Notes under the pieces: generated by a model
The model's database searches: none
Told to the model about the DNA's origin: nothing
Seen by the model: the letters and a program-made list of their open reading frames with translations, nothing else
Assembly (NCBI GenBank): GCA_039028835.1
Contig: JBCCHK010000001.1
Location: 65,636 to 129,635, forward strand
Direction: 5' to 3'
DNA: 64,000 bases
Source of the DNA: Pseudomonadota bacterium
Lineage (GTDB): Bacteria > Pseudomonadota > Alphaproteobacteria > JBCCHK01
Translations under genes and position numbers: made by a program
Shown here: in pieces, positions 51,612 to 61,387 of the stretch
How the letters are laid out: every line of letters begins with the position of its first letter
How positions within the stretch are numbered: position 1 is the first letter of the stretch

Positions 51612-52775
51612 ATGTGGCAAGAAAGAATCAAGAGCGCCTTTTTGCGTCGTTTGGATGCCATCGAATTCGGCAAGGCCGAGGTTAATATGCCCGATGGTAC
51701 TTGCTATGCTTTTGCTGGGCGGCAAGACGGACCAACGGCGCGGATGCACCTGCATGATTTAAGCGTGCTCGTGGGCATGATGATGGGCGGAAACATCGCT
51801 TTGGCCAATGATTATCGAGCAGGTAAGTGGGACAGCCCCAACCTGCCAGCTTTGATCGAGTTCGGTCTGCGCAACAGTCATGTTCTTAACCGCTTTATCT
51901 ATGGTTTGCGGCCTCTGCAAATGCTTACCCGTCTTTCCTACCTGCTTGCGATGAATAACAAGAAAGGAAGCCGTAAAAATATCCATGCCCATTACGATTT
52001 GGGCAATGATTTCTACCGCTTATGGCTCGATCCCTCCATGACCTATTCCTCGGCGTTGTTTCATCACCATGACGAAGACCTGATGACCGGACAGTACAAT
52101 AAGTATGACCGTATTTTAGACCGCTTTGGTCACAACCCGCACCATATTCTAGAGATTGGTTGCGGCTGGGGTGGTTTTATTCGCCGTAGCATCGAGCGCG
52201 CCGATCATGCGATGACGAGCATCACCATCTCCCCAGCGCAATGGGCCTATGCGCGCGCGCGTTTAGATCACCCAAATGCCATGATCCATCTTCAAGATTA
52301 TCGCGAGGTTAAGGGTCGTTTTGATGGGATCGTGTCGATAGAAATGTTCGAAGCCGTGGGGGAACGGTATTGGCCGACATATTTCACAAAATTAAAATCT
52401 TTGCTTGCGCACAAGGGTAGGGCTGTGATCCAAACAATCACCATTGGTGATGCGTATTTTCCCAGTTATCGGGTCATGGGCGATGCAATCCGTAGTTATA
52501 TTTTTCCAGGGGGCATGCTCCCAAGCCCGCAACGGTTCAAGCAAGAGGCCGAGCGTGCCGATCTTAAGATCGCCGATTGTTATACCTTTGGCCACGATTA
52601 TGCCCGAACGCTCGCCCTATGGCTCATGCAGTTTGAAAACCAAGCTGAGGCGATTAAAGCCCAACATTTTGATGAGGGATTTGTGCGCCTGTGGCGATTT
52701 TATCTCGCCTCTTGTATGGCAGCTTTTACAGAAGGCCGGGTGGACGTGATGCAGGTCGAGCTACGCCATGCGTAA
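51612..52775 (+). CDS. Cyclopropane-fatty-acyl-phospholipid synthase family SAM-dependent methyltransferase (CfaS/UfaM-like)
   Basis: ILEIGCGWGGF SAM motif I, CFA synthase family length/architecture. Confidence 0.8.
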   Translation: MWQERIKSAFLRRLDAIEFGKAEVNMPDGTCYAFAGRQDGPTARMHLHDLSVLVGMMMGGNIALANDYRAGKWDSPNLPALIEFGLRNSHVLNRFIYGLRPLQMLTRLSYLLAMNNKKGSRKNIHAHYDLGNDFYRLWLDPSMTYSSALFHHHDEDLMTGQYNKYDRILDRFGHNPHHILEIGCGWGGFIRRSIERADHAMTSITISPAQWAYARARLDHPNAMIHLQDYREVKGRFDGIVSIEMFEAVGERYWPTYFTKLKSLLAHKGRAVIQTITIGDAYFPSYRVMGDAIRSYIFPGGMLPSPQRFKQEAERADLKIADCYTFGHDYARTLALWLMQFENQAEAIKAQHFDEGFVRLWRFYLASCMAAFTEGRVDVMQVELRHA

Positions 52776-53304
52776 CATTGTTCTATGCCTTGCAATCATC
52801 ATGGCTTGTTCGGTCACAGCAGCGGATATGCAGGCCATCACCCAGCATGTGCCTGATGCAAAAAAAGTCGGCCAGGGGCGTTATCGTTACCTTTTGTTCA
52901 ATGTCTATGATGCGCAGTTGTTTGCCCCGGGTGGGGCTTGGCACGCCGACCAACCTTATGCTCTGGTTTTGTCTTATTTGCGTTATTTACGCGGTGATCT
53001 GATCGCCAAACGTTCAGCCGAAGAAATTCGCAAGCAAGGGTTTGAACAAGAACAGATCCTCACCGAGTGGCAAGAGAAGATGACGGCCTTGTTTCCTGAT
53101 GTAAATAAAAATACATCTATCACCGGCATTCGCACCGAGCAAGGTCACACCCTTTTCTATTTTAACGATCAATTCATAGGGCGTATCGATGATACCCAAT
53201 TCAGTGATTTGTTTTTCGGTATTTGGCTAAGCGAAGCGACCACCGCGCCAGGTTTGCGTCGTCAATTGCTCGGGGGGACTGTCCAGACGGACGATACCAG
53301 CTAA
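52768..53304 (+). CDS. Secreted chalcone-isomerase-like family protein (hypothetical, commonly in cfa-type clusters)
   Basis: Signal peptide MRNIVLCLAIIMACSVTAA; 178 aa; translationally coupled to MFS gene (TAATG). Confidence 0.45.
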   Translation: MRNIVLCLAIIMACSVTAADMQAITQHVPDAKKVGQGRYRYLLFNVYDAQLFAPGGAWHADQPYALVLSYLRYLRGDLIAKRSAEEIRKQGFEQEQILTEWQEKMTALFPDVNKNTSITGIRTEQGHTLFYFNDQFIGRIDDTQFSDLFFGIWLSEATTAPGLRRQLLGGTVQTDDTS

Positions 53305-54626
53305 TGCCGTCATTAGAGCGACCTTTACAACGATTTGATCTCTTTCGTTATGGTTTGATTGCCTTTCCTATGGCGTTTGCCGGGTTGCCAGTCTATGTCC
53401 ATGCGCCTGCTTTTTATGCTACGGAGATGGGCATCTCGCTCACCATCATCGGCGGTATCCTGCTATTCGTGCGGGCGTTTGATGCAGTGCAGGATCCTTG
53501 GATCGGCAGCTTTATCGATCGCCATCAGCGCCACCGAAAAATCTTGCTTGTGATAGGCATGGCATTGATGGGTTTTGGTTTTTGGCTTGTGTTTAATCCT
53601 TTCATCACCTCGCCCGTTGCCAGTTTTGCCGGGGGGATCATTGTGTGCACGACCGGCTTGAGCGTCGTGAGTATTAACGTGCAGGCGCTTGGCGGGCTCT
53701 GGCAAACCGATGGGCCGGGCCGGACCCGGATCACCAGCTGGCGCGAGGCATTGGGTTTGCTTGGCTTGCTTTGTGCATCGCTTGCGCCGTTCATCTTTGG
53801 TGGTGGGGATGCGCGTGCCTTTTATCTTATCTCTTTGTTTTATCTGCCTTTGCTGGCCTTGTGTGGTGTGATTTTTTTGAGTTGGTTGGCACGCGTTCAG
53901 ATTGCTGTGGTTAAAACCTGCGTTCGAACCTCTTTCACCCGGCTCTATCATCGTTGGCACATTACCTTTTGTGCCATTTATCTCAGTAACGCCTGTGCCA
54001 GCGCGATCCCCGCTGTGCTCGTTATCTTTTTTATTCAAGACCGCCTTGATGCAGCGTCGATGACCGGCCTTTTTCTATTTATTTATTTCATCGGCGGGGC
54101 GGCAGGGATGCCGCTTTGGCAGATGCTCGCACGACGGGTTGGCAAGTTGCAAGCGTGGCTGGTTTCTATGATTCTCGCGGTGCTGAGTTTTGTCTGGGCA
54201 TTTACCCTCTCATCGGGGGATATGACCGCTTACGCTGTTGTGTGCCTCGTATCCGGTCTGGCCTTGGGCGGAGATCTTGCGTTGCCGCCATCGATCATTG
54301 CCGATCATATTGATCGACGCGGCGATCAGGTGCTTGCCGCGCGATACTTTTCTATCATGACATTTTTCAATAAAGCCGCCCTTGCGTTGGCGGCAGGCCT
54401 TATGCTACCGGCCCTTGGGATGCTTGGTTACCATCCCGGGAAGGCCGGTGGCGCCCTTTATCTGGGGTATAGCTACGCGCTGGTGCCCTCATTGATGAAA
54501 GCCGCGAGTGCATTTGCGCTGTGGCGTTTTATCTCATCCTTTAACTCAGGAGGTTACGATGATGAAACCCAAGGTGATGCTTTTGGTGGTCGGATGCCTC
54601 GTCAGCGCCTGCACCAATCCCCTTGA
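53304..54626 (+). CDS. MFS transporter (GPH/sugar:cation symporter-like) (ORF track start 53223)
   Basis: 12 predicted TM segments, MFS_2-like D/R-rich loop FIDRHQRHRK. Confidence 0.75.
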   Translation: MPSLERPLQRFDLFRYGLIAFPMAFAGLPVYVHAPAFYATEMGISLTIIGGILLFVRAFDAVQDPWIGSFIDRHQRHRKILLVIGMALMGFGFWLVFNPFITSPVASFAGGIIVCTTGLSVVSINVQALGGLWQTDGPGRTRITSWREALGLLGLLCASLAPFIFGGGDARAFYLISLFYLPLLALCGVIFLSWLARVQIAVVKTCVRTSFTRLYHRWHITFCAIYLSNACASAIPAVLVIFFIQDRLDAASMTGLFLFIYFIGGAAGMPLWQMLARRVGKLQAWLVSMILAVLSFVWAFTLSSGDMTAYAVVCLVSGLALGGDLALPPSIIADHIDRRGDQVLAARYFSIMTFFNKAALALAAGLMLPALGMLGYHPGKAGGALYLGYSYALVPSLMKAASAFALWRFISSFNSGGYDDETQGDAFGGRMPRQRLHQSP

Positions 54627-55101
54627 CTTAGAAGGATATCGCAATATGCAACCCACCCTCACCATGGAAGAGTATTTCAACGGGCCGATCAAAGCTTGGG
54701 GTATTATTCAAAGTCGTCGTGGTAAAATCCTCTCGCGTTTCGATGTTGATCTAGTTGGCCGATGGGAGGGGGATACCGGTACCCTAGAAGAAAGGTTTGT
54801 TTTCTACAAAAATGGTGATGTGCAGAATCGAACCTGGGAAATTACCAAGCTGGATGATCGACATTATCAAGGTAAGGCGGGTGATATTATCGGGATTGCT
54901 AAAGGGGATGCTTACGGCAATGCCTTGCGCTGGTCTTATCAGATGGATGTGCCGGTTGGCGATAAGACCTATCGCTTAATGTTCGATGATTGGCTGTGGG
55001 CTATGAACGATGGTGTGGTCATCAACCGCTCGTACCTCAAGAAGTTTGGCATCACCGTGGCCGAGATTACCATCTTTATGCAAAAGGAGTCGTCCTCTTG
55101 A
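54559..55101 (+). CDS. DUF3833-family lipoprotein
   Basis: Lipobox LVSAC, size and context (between MFS and SDR in cfa-type cluster). Confidence 0.6.
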   Translation: MMKPKVMLLVVGCLVSACTNPLDLEGYRNMQPTLTMEEYFNGPIKAWGIIQSRRGKILSRFDVDLVGRWEGDTGTLEERFVFYKNGDVQNRTWEITKLDDRHYQGKAGDIIGIAKGDAYGNALRWSYQMDVPVGDKTYRLMFDDWLWAMNDGVVINRSYLKKFGITVAEITIFMQKESSS

Positions 55102-55844
55102 GCCAGCGCATCTGGATCATCGGGGCGAGTGACGGCATTGGCGCGGCCCTCGCACGCCTTTACGCGCAGCAGGGGCATCATCTGGTGTTAAGTGCGCGGC
55201 GAGGAGGGGCGTTGAAAAAAATCGACAAGACCTTGGTAGGATCAGGCCATCAATGCGTGCCTATGGATGTCCGCCGGCCTCAATCGATTGAAGCTGCGAA
55301 GACTGAGGTTTTATCGCACTGGTCGCGGATCGATCGAGTCATCTATATGGCGGGCCTTTACCAGCCCATGAAGATGCAAGACCTGGATATCAAGCAGACT
55401 AAAAAAATCATTGAGGTTAATCTGCTTGGGGCCTTTCATATCTGCCATGCGTTGATACCGGATTTGCTGAGTTTTAGCCCTTGTCAGCTGGCCTTTTGTG
55501 CCAGTGTGGCGGGCTATCGAGGCTTGCCTGGCGGCCAGCCTTATGGGGCGAGTAAGGCGGGGCTGATTAATTTGGTCCAATCCCTGCGCATCGAGTGCGG
55601 CGAGCGGATCGATGTGCGCCTTATCAACCCAGGCTTTGTCAAAAGTCGCCTTACAGATAAGAATGAGTTTGCCATGCCGTTGCGTTTGTCTGCTGATGAC
55701 GCGGCGCGGCGCATTATCAAGGGTCTTGAAGGACGAAGTTTTGAGATCCATTTTCCGCGCCGATTTACCTATATCATGAAGGGGCTGGGTATCCTTCCGG
55801 ACTTATTATATCATAAACTCATGCGCCCTCGCGGTACGACGTGA
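55098..55844 (+). CDS. SDR-family NAD(P)-dependent oxidoreductase (TTG start after AAGGAG RBS, overlapping upstream stop TTGA; ORF track start 54990)
   Basis: IWIIGASDGIGAALA TGxxxGIG motif, YGASKAG (YxxxK) catalytic motif. Confidence 0.75.
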   Translation: MSQRIWIIGASDGIGAALARLYAQQGHHLVLSARRGGALKKIDKTLVGSGHQCVPMDVRRPQSIEAAKTEVLSHWSRIDRVIYMAGLYQPMKMQDLDIKQTKKIIEVNLLGAFHICHALIPDLLSFSPCQLAFCASVAGYRGLPGGQPYGASKAGLINLVQSLRIECGERIDVRLINPGFVKSRLTDKNEFAMPLRLSADDAARRIIKGLEGRSFEIHFPRRFTYIMKGLGILPDLLYHKLMRPRGTT

Positions 55845-55918
55845 GTCAAGAAATCATGCGGCAAGCTATGGAATAGGTAATATTGATACACACATCAATA
55901 TAGAAAAAGAGTTCTTAT

Positions 55919-56596
55919 ATGAAGATTCTTGTTATAGAAGACGATCATAAAGTTGCTGAGTTCATTAAGAAGGGCTTTACGGAGCTTGGTCACAAGGTCG
56001 ATGTCAGTAAAAATGGCAAAGATGGTTTGTTTCTTGCGACCAGTCGATCCTATGAAGCGATGGTGGTGGATCGTATGCTCCCTGAGGTCGATGGCTTGAC
56101 CATTATTCAAACGATTCGCGCGGTCGGTAATAAGACCCCTGCATTGATCCTTAGTGCTATGGCTAAGGTCGATGATCGCGTTAAGGGCTTGCGATCGGGC
56201 GGTGATGATTATTTGGTTAAGCCCTTTTCTTTTGCCGAGCTTCTCGCGCGGATTGAGCTTTTGGTCGAGCGGTGCTCACGCGAGGATGTCCGTGTGACGA
56301 CCTTGCAGGCTTTTGATCTTACCTTAGATCTTTTGGCGCGACGTGCGGTGCGCGGCGATCAGGAAATCGACCTGCAACCTCGCGAGTTTCATTTGTTAGA
56401 ATACATGATGCGCAACAAAGGCCAGGTCGTCACGCGTACCATGTTGCTCGAGCATGTGTGGGATTATCATTTTGATCCCCAGACCAATGTGATCGATGTG
56501 CATATCAGTCGCTTGCGCCATAAAATCGATAAGAACTTCAAAACCAAGATCATCAAGACCATGCGAGGTTCGGGATACATGATCCCTGATGCGTAA
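55919..56596 (+). CDS. OmpR-family two-component response regulator
   Basis: REC domain (D at ~52) + winged-helix trans_reg_C (MLLEHVWDYHFDPQTNVIDVHISRLRHKID). Confidence 0.9.
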   Translation: MKILVIEDDHKVAEFIKKGFTELGHKVDVSKNGKDGLFLATSRSYEAMVVDRMLPEVDGLTIIQTIRAVGNKTPALILSAMAKVDDRVKGLRSGGDDYLVKPFSFAELLARIELLVERCSREDVRVTTLQAFDLTLDLLARRAVRGDQEIDLQPREFHLLEYMMRNKGQVVTRTMLLEHVWDYHFDPQTNVIDVHISRLRHKIDKNFKTKIIKTMRGSGYMIPDA

Positions 56597-57944
56597 ACCA
56601 GGCGTCATGCGCACGTTTACGCGCAGCTCGAGCTTTTTTATGGCCAGCTCGCTCTCGCTGTTGCTGGCTTTGGTCATCGGCTTGACGGTTTACTTTGTAA
56701 ACCGCACAGACCAACAACGACACATACAAAGCATCAAGGCCGTTTTGAGTGCCGAGATACAGACCCTCATCCAACTGGGCACTCTTTATGATGTGATGGC
56801 GGTGGAGGTAATTTTGTGCACCCCTGGGCAAGGACGAACCTATTTCTATCATCTGCGCGCGCCCCAAGGGCACATCATTGCCAGTACCATGACCGACTGG
56901 CCAAAGGTCTCCGAGCCTACAGGTATTGTCCGCATAACAGGCGAATCTGGCGAGTCCTTTGATGGTGTCTATGAGATGCGCGAGTTTGCCGATGGTCACA
57001 CCTTGCTCATCGGGCAGAAAATCCAAACTGCGGGAATCATGCACGGTTTTACCCAGACCTTTACCTGGCTGGTAATCGGTATTTGTCTGCTGCTTGCCGT
57101 TGGTTTTTTTATCATTGGCCGTTTTGTCGTCTATAAAGCCAACGTGATTTCCAGTACCGCCAGCGAGATCATTCGTACCGGCGATATGTCCAAGCGCATT
57201 CCTGTCAATGCCACATGGGATGATTTAAGTAAGTTAGAAGAAGTGCTCAACAGCATGTTGGACGAGATCGAGTCGTTGGTGTTGAGTATCAAGCGCGTCA
57301 CCGACGATATTGCCCATGATATGCGCACGCCACTGACTCGGTTGCGGGCTGAATTAGAAGGCGTGAAGGATCAAAAAAGACGTGCGCGGTTGCTTGATGA
57401 GGCTGATGGCCTGCTTAGTATGTTTCGTGGGATCCTGCGGATTGCTGAGATTGAAAACGAAAATCGTAAATCAGGATTCAGTCAGGTCGATTTGGGTGAA
57501 ATTGTGCAAGACGCTTATGATCTTTACCTGCCCCTTGCCGAGAAAAAAGGCATTCGCGTCAAGGCCGAGATCACGTCGTGCTCCTATCTTGGGGACCGTA
57601 ATCTCCTGTTCCAGAGTTTCACCAACATCATCGATAATGCGATTAAGTTCTCGCCCGTAAAAAGTGAGATTACGCTGACGATGACGGTGCGCGATGGGGT
57701 GGCGGTTTTTGAAGTCAAGGACTCAGGCCCCGGCATTCCTGAAGAACAGATTCAAGATGTCTTTCGCCGTCTTTACCGTGTCGATAAAAGCCGCCATACA
57801 CCGGGGCACGGTTTGGGTCTATCGATCGTTGATGCAGTGGCTACATTACACGGGGCCAAAGTGCACCTTCGCAATCTGGATCAAGGATTATGCTTTGAAA
57901 TGCGTTTTGCCTTGCCGCGCGATCAGGAGGCGACGCAGGCTTAA
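56589..57944 (+). CDS. Sensor histidine kinase (2 TM, HAMP, HisKA, HATPase_c)
   Basis: H-box AHDMRTPLTRLRAELE, N/G1/G2 boxes (DSGPGIP, GHGLGLSIV); overlaps RR stop. Confidence 0.85.
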   Translation: MRKPGVMRTFTRSSSFFMASSLSLLLALVIGLTVYFVNRTDQQRHIQSIKAVLSAEIQTLIQLGTLYDVMAVEVILCTPGQGRTYFYHLRAPQGHIIASTMTDWPKVSEPTGIVRITGESGESFDGVYEMREFADGHTLLIGQKIQTAGIMHGFTQTFTWLVIGICLLLAVGFFIIGRFVVYKANVISSTASEIIRTGDMSKRIPVNATWDDLSKLEEVLNSMLDEIESLVLSIKRVTDDIAHDMRTPLTRLRAELEGVKDQKRRARLLDEADGLLSMFRGILRIAEIENENRKSGFSQVDLGEIVQDAYDLYLPLAEKKGIRVKAEITSCSYLGDRNLLFQSFTNIIDNAIKFSPVKSEITLTMTVRDGVAVFEVKDSGPGIPEEQIQDVFRRLYRVDKSRHTPGHGLGLSIVDAVATLHGAKVHLRNLDQGLCFEMRFALPRDQEATQA

Positions 57945-58171
57945 GAGTCCTTGGTGGCGGGCTTGGTGACATCGATCTGAGTGATTTTCTCGTCAGCGTC
58001 GTTCAAGAGCTCTAGGCATCGATCCCGTAATCGTGTGCCGTAGGCATAGGCCTTGACGCTATCATCTAAGGATTGTTGATCGGATTCGAGACTCTCGATG
58101 ACGCGCTCTAACTCTGCCAGAGCCTCTTCATAGCGCATGGTCTTCGTGTTAGGTTCGTTGTCTTTGGTCAT
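57941..58171 (-). CDS. xseB: Exodeoxyribonuclease VII small subunit
   Basis: 76 aa, YEEALAELERVIESLESDQQSLDDSVKAYAYGTRLRDRC matches XseB consensus. Confidence 0.85.
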   Translation of the reverse strand: MTKDNEPNTKTMRYEEALAELERVIESLESDQQSLDDSVKAYAYGTRLRDRCLELLNDADEKITQIDVTKPATKDS

Positions 58172-58323
58172 GGTCAGACTTCAGGTAAGATCAGGTCTTC
58201 AGATCAAGCCTTTATGGTCGCCCTGCCGACATCCGGCGTCAAGCCCATAGCAGGGTCCTGTCCTTTAGCTGGCCGGTGAGTCCAAAAATAACAACGATCA
58301 AGCAACGATCAAGGAAGTAACGC

Positions 58324-59271
58324 ATGGTCGCGATTATGTTTCCGGGCCAAGGGAGTCAAACCGTCGGCATGGGCAAGGGTTTGGCGCAAACCTGGCCTCA
58401 GGCGCGCGATGTCTTCGCTGAGGTGGATGAGGCATTGGGCGAGTCGCTGTCGGCCCTGATGTTTGAGGGGGAGGCTGAGATCCTCACCCTCACAGAAAAC
58501 ACCCAGCCCGCGTTGCTCGCCACATCGATTGCGGCCTTTCGTGTTTTGCAAGCCGAAACGGGACTCCCGGGGGTCACGGCTCTGGCGGGCCATAGCGTCG
58601 GCGAATATGCAGCTTTGGTTGCGGCGGAGTCTTTGACCTTACGTGATGCGGCACGCCTGGTGCGCTTGCGCGGGCGGGAAATGCAGCGCGCCGTCCCTCC
58701 GGGCGAAGGGGCCATGATCGCGGTTTTGGGCCTAGAGGTGACACTGCTCACCGACCTTGCCCATCAGGCGAACACCCAGGGGCACGTCTGCGCTATTGCG
58801 AATGATAACTGCCCGGGTCAGCTGGTCATCAGCGGTCATCGCGCGGCGGTGCTACGCGTGGGGGCACTCGCTAAAGAGCACGGCGCACGGCGCGTTATCG
58901 AACTTGCCGTCAGTGCTCCTTTCCATTGTGCGCTGATGGCGCCAGCGGCGCACGCGATGGCGCAGGCCCTAAGCACGAGCACCATCCAAGCTCCGAAAAT
59001 CCCTGTTTACGCCAATGTGACTGCGGCACCTATCGGTGCGGCGGCGGACATTAAAGACCTGCTCAGCACCCAGGTGACCGCCACCGTGCGCTGGCGTGAG
59101 ACCATCGAGGCTCTTGTGGCCGCAGGGACCATCGCCTTTATCGAGTCCGGCGAGGGTACGGTCCTTTCAGGCTTGGTCAAGCGGATCAAACGGGACGCGC
59201 CAACCTTCTCCCTGGCTGCCCCTCAGACCATGCGCACGGCCATCGACTGGCTTGTCAACCTGCGGGCTTGA
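58324..59271 (+). CDS. fabD: Malonyl-CoA:ACP transacylase
   Basis: MFPGQGSQ, GHSVGEY active-site serine motif. Confidence 0.95.
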   Translation: MVAIMFPGQGSQTVGMGKGLAQTWPQARDVFAEVDEALGESLSALMFEGEAEILTLTENTQPALLATSIAAFRVLQAETGLPGVTALAGHSVGEYAALVAAESLTLRDAARLVRLRGREMQRAVPPGEGAMIAVLGLEVTLLTDLAHQANTQGHVCAIANDNCPGQLVISGHRAAVLRVGALAKEHGARRVIELAVSAPFHCALMAPAAHAMAQALSTSTIQAPKIPVYANVTAAPIGAAADIKDLLSTQVTATVRWRETIEALVAAGTIAFIESGEGTVLSGLVKRIKRDAPTFSLAAPQTMRTAIDWLVNLRA

Positions 59272-59301
59272 GACGCCCTGCTGACACAAAGGACACCCAT
59301 C

Positions 59302-60027
59302 ATGAACAAGACCGTTTTAATCACTGGGGCCACCGGCGGTATTGGTGGCGCCATGGCCGCGGCCTTTGCGCGAGCGGGTGCACGTCTTATCTTGATCGGT
59401 ACCCGGCGCGAGGTTTTGGACACCCTTGCTGATAAGCTGTCCAGCGAAGGGGCTCAATGTAAGGGCGTGGTCTGTAACCTGCGGGAGGAAGGCGCCATCG
59501 AGTCCCTTACTAAGGACGTGGGCGAGTCTGTGGATATCCTGATTAACAATGCTGGGATCACCCGTGATGGGTTGTTTATGCGCATGTCGGATGACGATGT
59601 CACCGCCGTGCTTGAAACCAACCTTGTTGCCGCCTTTCGTCTGACCCGCGCTCTGGTGCGGCCGATGATGAAGCGCCGCTGGGGGCGGATTATCAACATC
59701 TCGTCTGTGGTGAGCGCCATGGGTAATCCAGGGCAAGCCAATTATGCAGCCAGCAAGGCCGGGCTGGAGGGGCTTACCCGCACCCTGGCGCGGGAACTTG
59801 CGGCGCGCGGGATCACCGTTAATGCCATTGCCCCAGGCTTTACCCGCTCTGCGATGACAGACGCGCTCACGCCTGCTCAGCAAGAGCAAATCGCCGCCAT
59901 GATTCCCCTAGGGCGGGTCGCGGAGCCCGAAGAAATCGCCGCATCAGCGGTTTTCTTGGCTAGCGAGGATGCCGGTTATATCACAGGCCACACTTTGCAT
60001 ATCAATGGCGGGATGCATTGCGGTTAA
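59302..60027 (+). CDS. fabG: 3-oxoacyl-ACP reductase
   Basis: TGATGGIGGAMA, NAGITRD, YAASKAG motifs; follows fabD. Confidence 0.9.
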   Translation: MNKTVLITGATGGIGGAMAAAFARAGARLILIGTRREVLDTLADKLSSEGAQCKGVVCNLREEGAIESLTKDVGESVDILINNAGITRDGLFMRMSDDDVTAVLETNLVAAFRLTRALVRPMMKRRWGRIINISSVVSAMGNPGQANYAASKAGLEGLTRTLARELAARGITVNAIAPGFTRSAMTDALTPAQQEQIAAMIPLGRVAEPEEIAASAVFLASEDAGYITGHTLHINGGMHCG

Positions 60028-60253
60028 AGGGATGCACGCAACGGCTTGAACCTTGGCGCAGATTCCCGCACAATCACAAGGCCATACTTGACAAGACAAC
60101 ACTCATGTAGCGATAGCCGGTTGTGCCACCCTCAAGCCTGTGAAACAGCGAGGGAGTCAAGGCATGCATTGCGATTGTCGACCTTAAGCAAAGCCTTAAA
60201 GTAAAACCATAGATTAAGCCTTACCACGTTAGCCTTACCAAGAAAGAGGGATC

Positions 60254-61372
60254 ATGCGTTTGCCGCTGTTGTCATCCTTATCAAAAATCTCTGTGAATCG
60301 AAACATCCCGGTCATCTCCAGGCTTTCAGGGTCTGTTTTGACGGCGTTGACGATCTTGCTGCTTTCTGTGCTGTGGCTTGCGTTGGGGCCGAGTAACGAA
60401 CGCGGTGGCGGCCCGCAACAAGTCCGCGAGCGTCAGGTCATGAAGGTGGAAGTGCACGACTCCCAGGAAGTTGACTACCAAGCCATCTTGCACATCACCG
60501 GCAAGACCGAACCGGTCTCTCAAGTGACTGTGAGATCAAAAATCTCCGGCGTGGTGGAGGTCATCGATATCGAGGAAGGGCAAAATGTCCTCAAGGACAG
60601 CCCGCTCGTGTGGCTCTCGGCGGAAGATCGACCCGCGCAACTCTCGCGAGCCCGGGCCACGGTGGAGCAACGGCGGATCGATCTGCAATCGACCGAAAAA
60701 CTGGCGCAAGAGGGTTATCGCACTCAGCAAAACCTCCTGGCGGCGCAAGCGGCCTACGATGCTGCCCTTGCGGACCTGCGCCGAGCTGAGCTTGCCGCAC
60801 AGGATCGTAAAGTCCTTGCCCCAACCGATGGGCTTATCGCCAAACGCCATGTAGAGCTCGGCCAATATATCAACACCTCTGCGCCTATCGCGGATATCGT
60901 TGATAATACGAGTTTGCGGATCACCGGCTTTGTCAACGAACGCTACGTCGGTAAAATCCGCCTTGGCTCACCGGTGACCGTGCGCCTGGTGGATGGCAAC
61001 GCCTATGATGCGATCGTTTCTTACGTGAGTCCCCTGGCGCAAGATGCGACTCGTACCTTTGAGATCGAAGTTATCATCGACAATGCACAAGGTAATCTCA
61101 TCGGTGGTTTGACTGCGCGCATGTCGGTATCCTTAGACCCTGTTCGTGCCCATGAAATTACCGCCTCAACCCTGACCCTAGATACACGTGGGCGGATCGG
61201 CATCATGTCCGTCGATCCCGGCGACCAAGTTGTTTTCTATCCAGTCACGATCATCGGGGAAGAGGCAGAAAAAGTATGGATCACCGGCTTACCGCAGCGG
61301 CTGCAGATCATCACCAAAGGCCAGGGTTTCGTGACCGACAGTGAAACGGTCGAAGCAGTTCAGGCCAGTTAG
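60254..61372 (+). CDS. RND efflux periplasmic adaptor (MFP/HlyD family)
   Basis: N-terminal TM, biotinyl-lipoyl/coiled-coil/beta-barrel architecture, precedes RND permease. Confidence 0.8.
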   Translation: MRLPLLSSLSKISVNRNIPVISRLSGSVLTALTILLLSVLWLALGPSNERGGGPQQVRERQVMKVEVHDSQEVDYQAILHITGKTEPVSQVTVRSKISGVVEVIDIEEGQNVLKDSPLVWLSAEDRPAQLSRARATVEQRRIDLQSTEKLAQEGYRTQQNLLAAQAAYDAALADLRRAELAAQDRKVLAPTDGLIAKRHVELGQYINTSAPIADIVDNTSLRITGFVNERYVGKIRLGSPVTVRLVDGNAYDAIVSYVSPLAQDATRTFEIEVIIDNAQGNLIGGLTARMSVSLDPVRAHEITASTLTLDTRGRIGIMSVDPGDQVVFYPVTIIGEEAEKVWITGLPQRLQIITKGQGFVTDSETVEAVQAS

Positions 61373-61387
61373 AAGGAGTACGCACCG

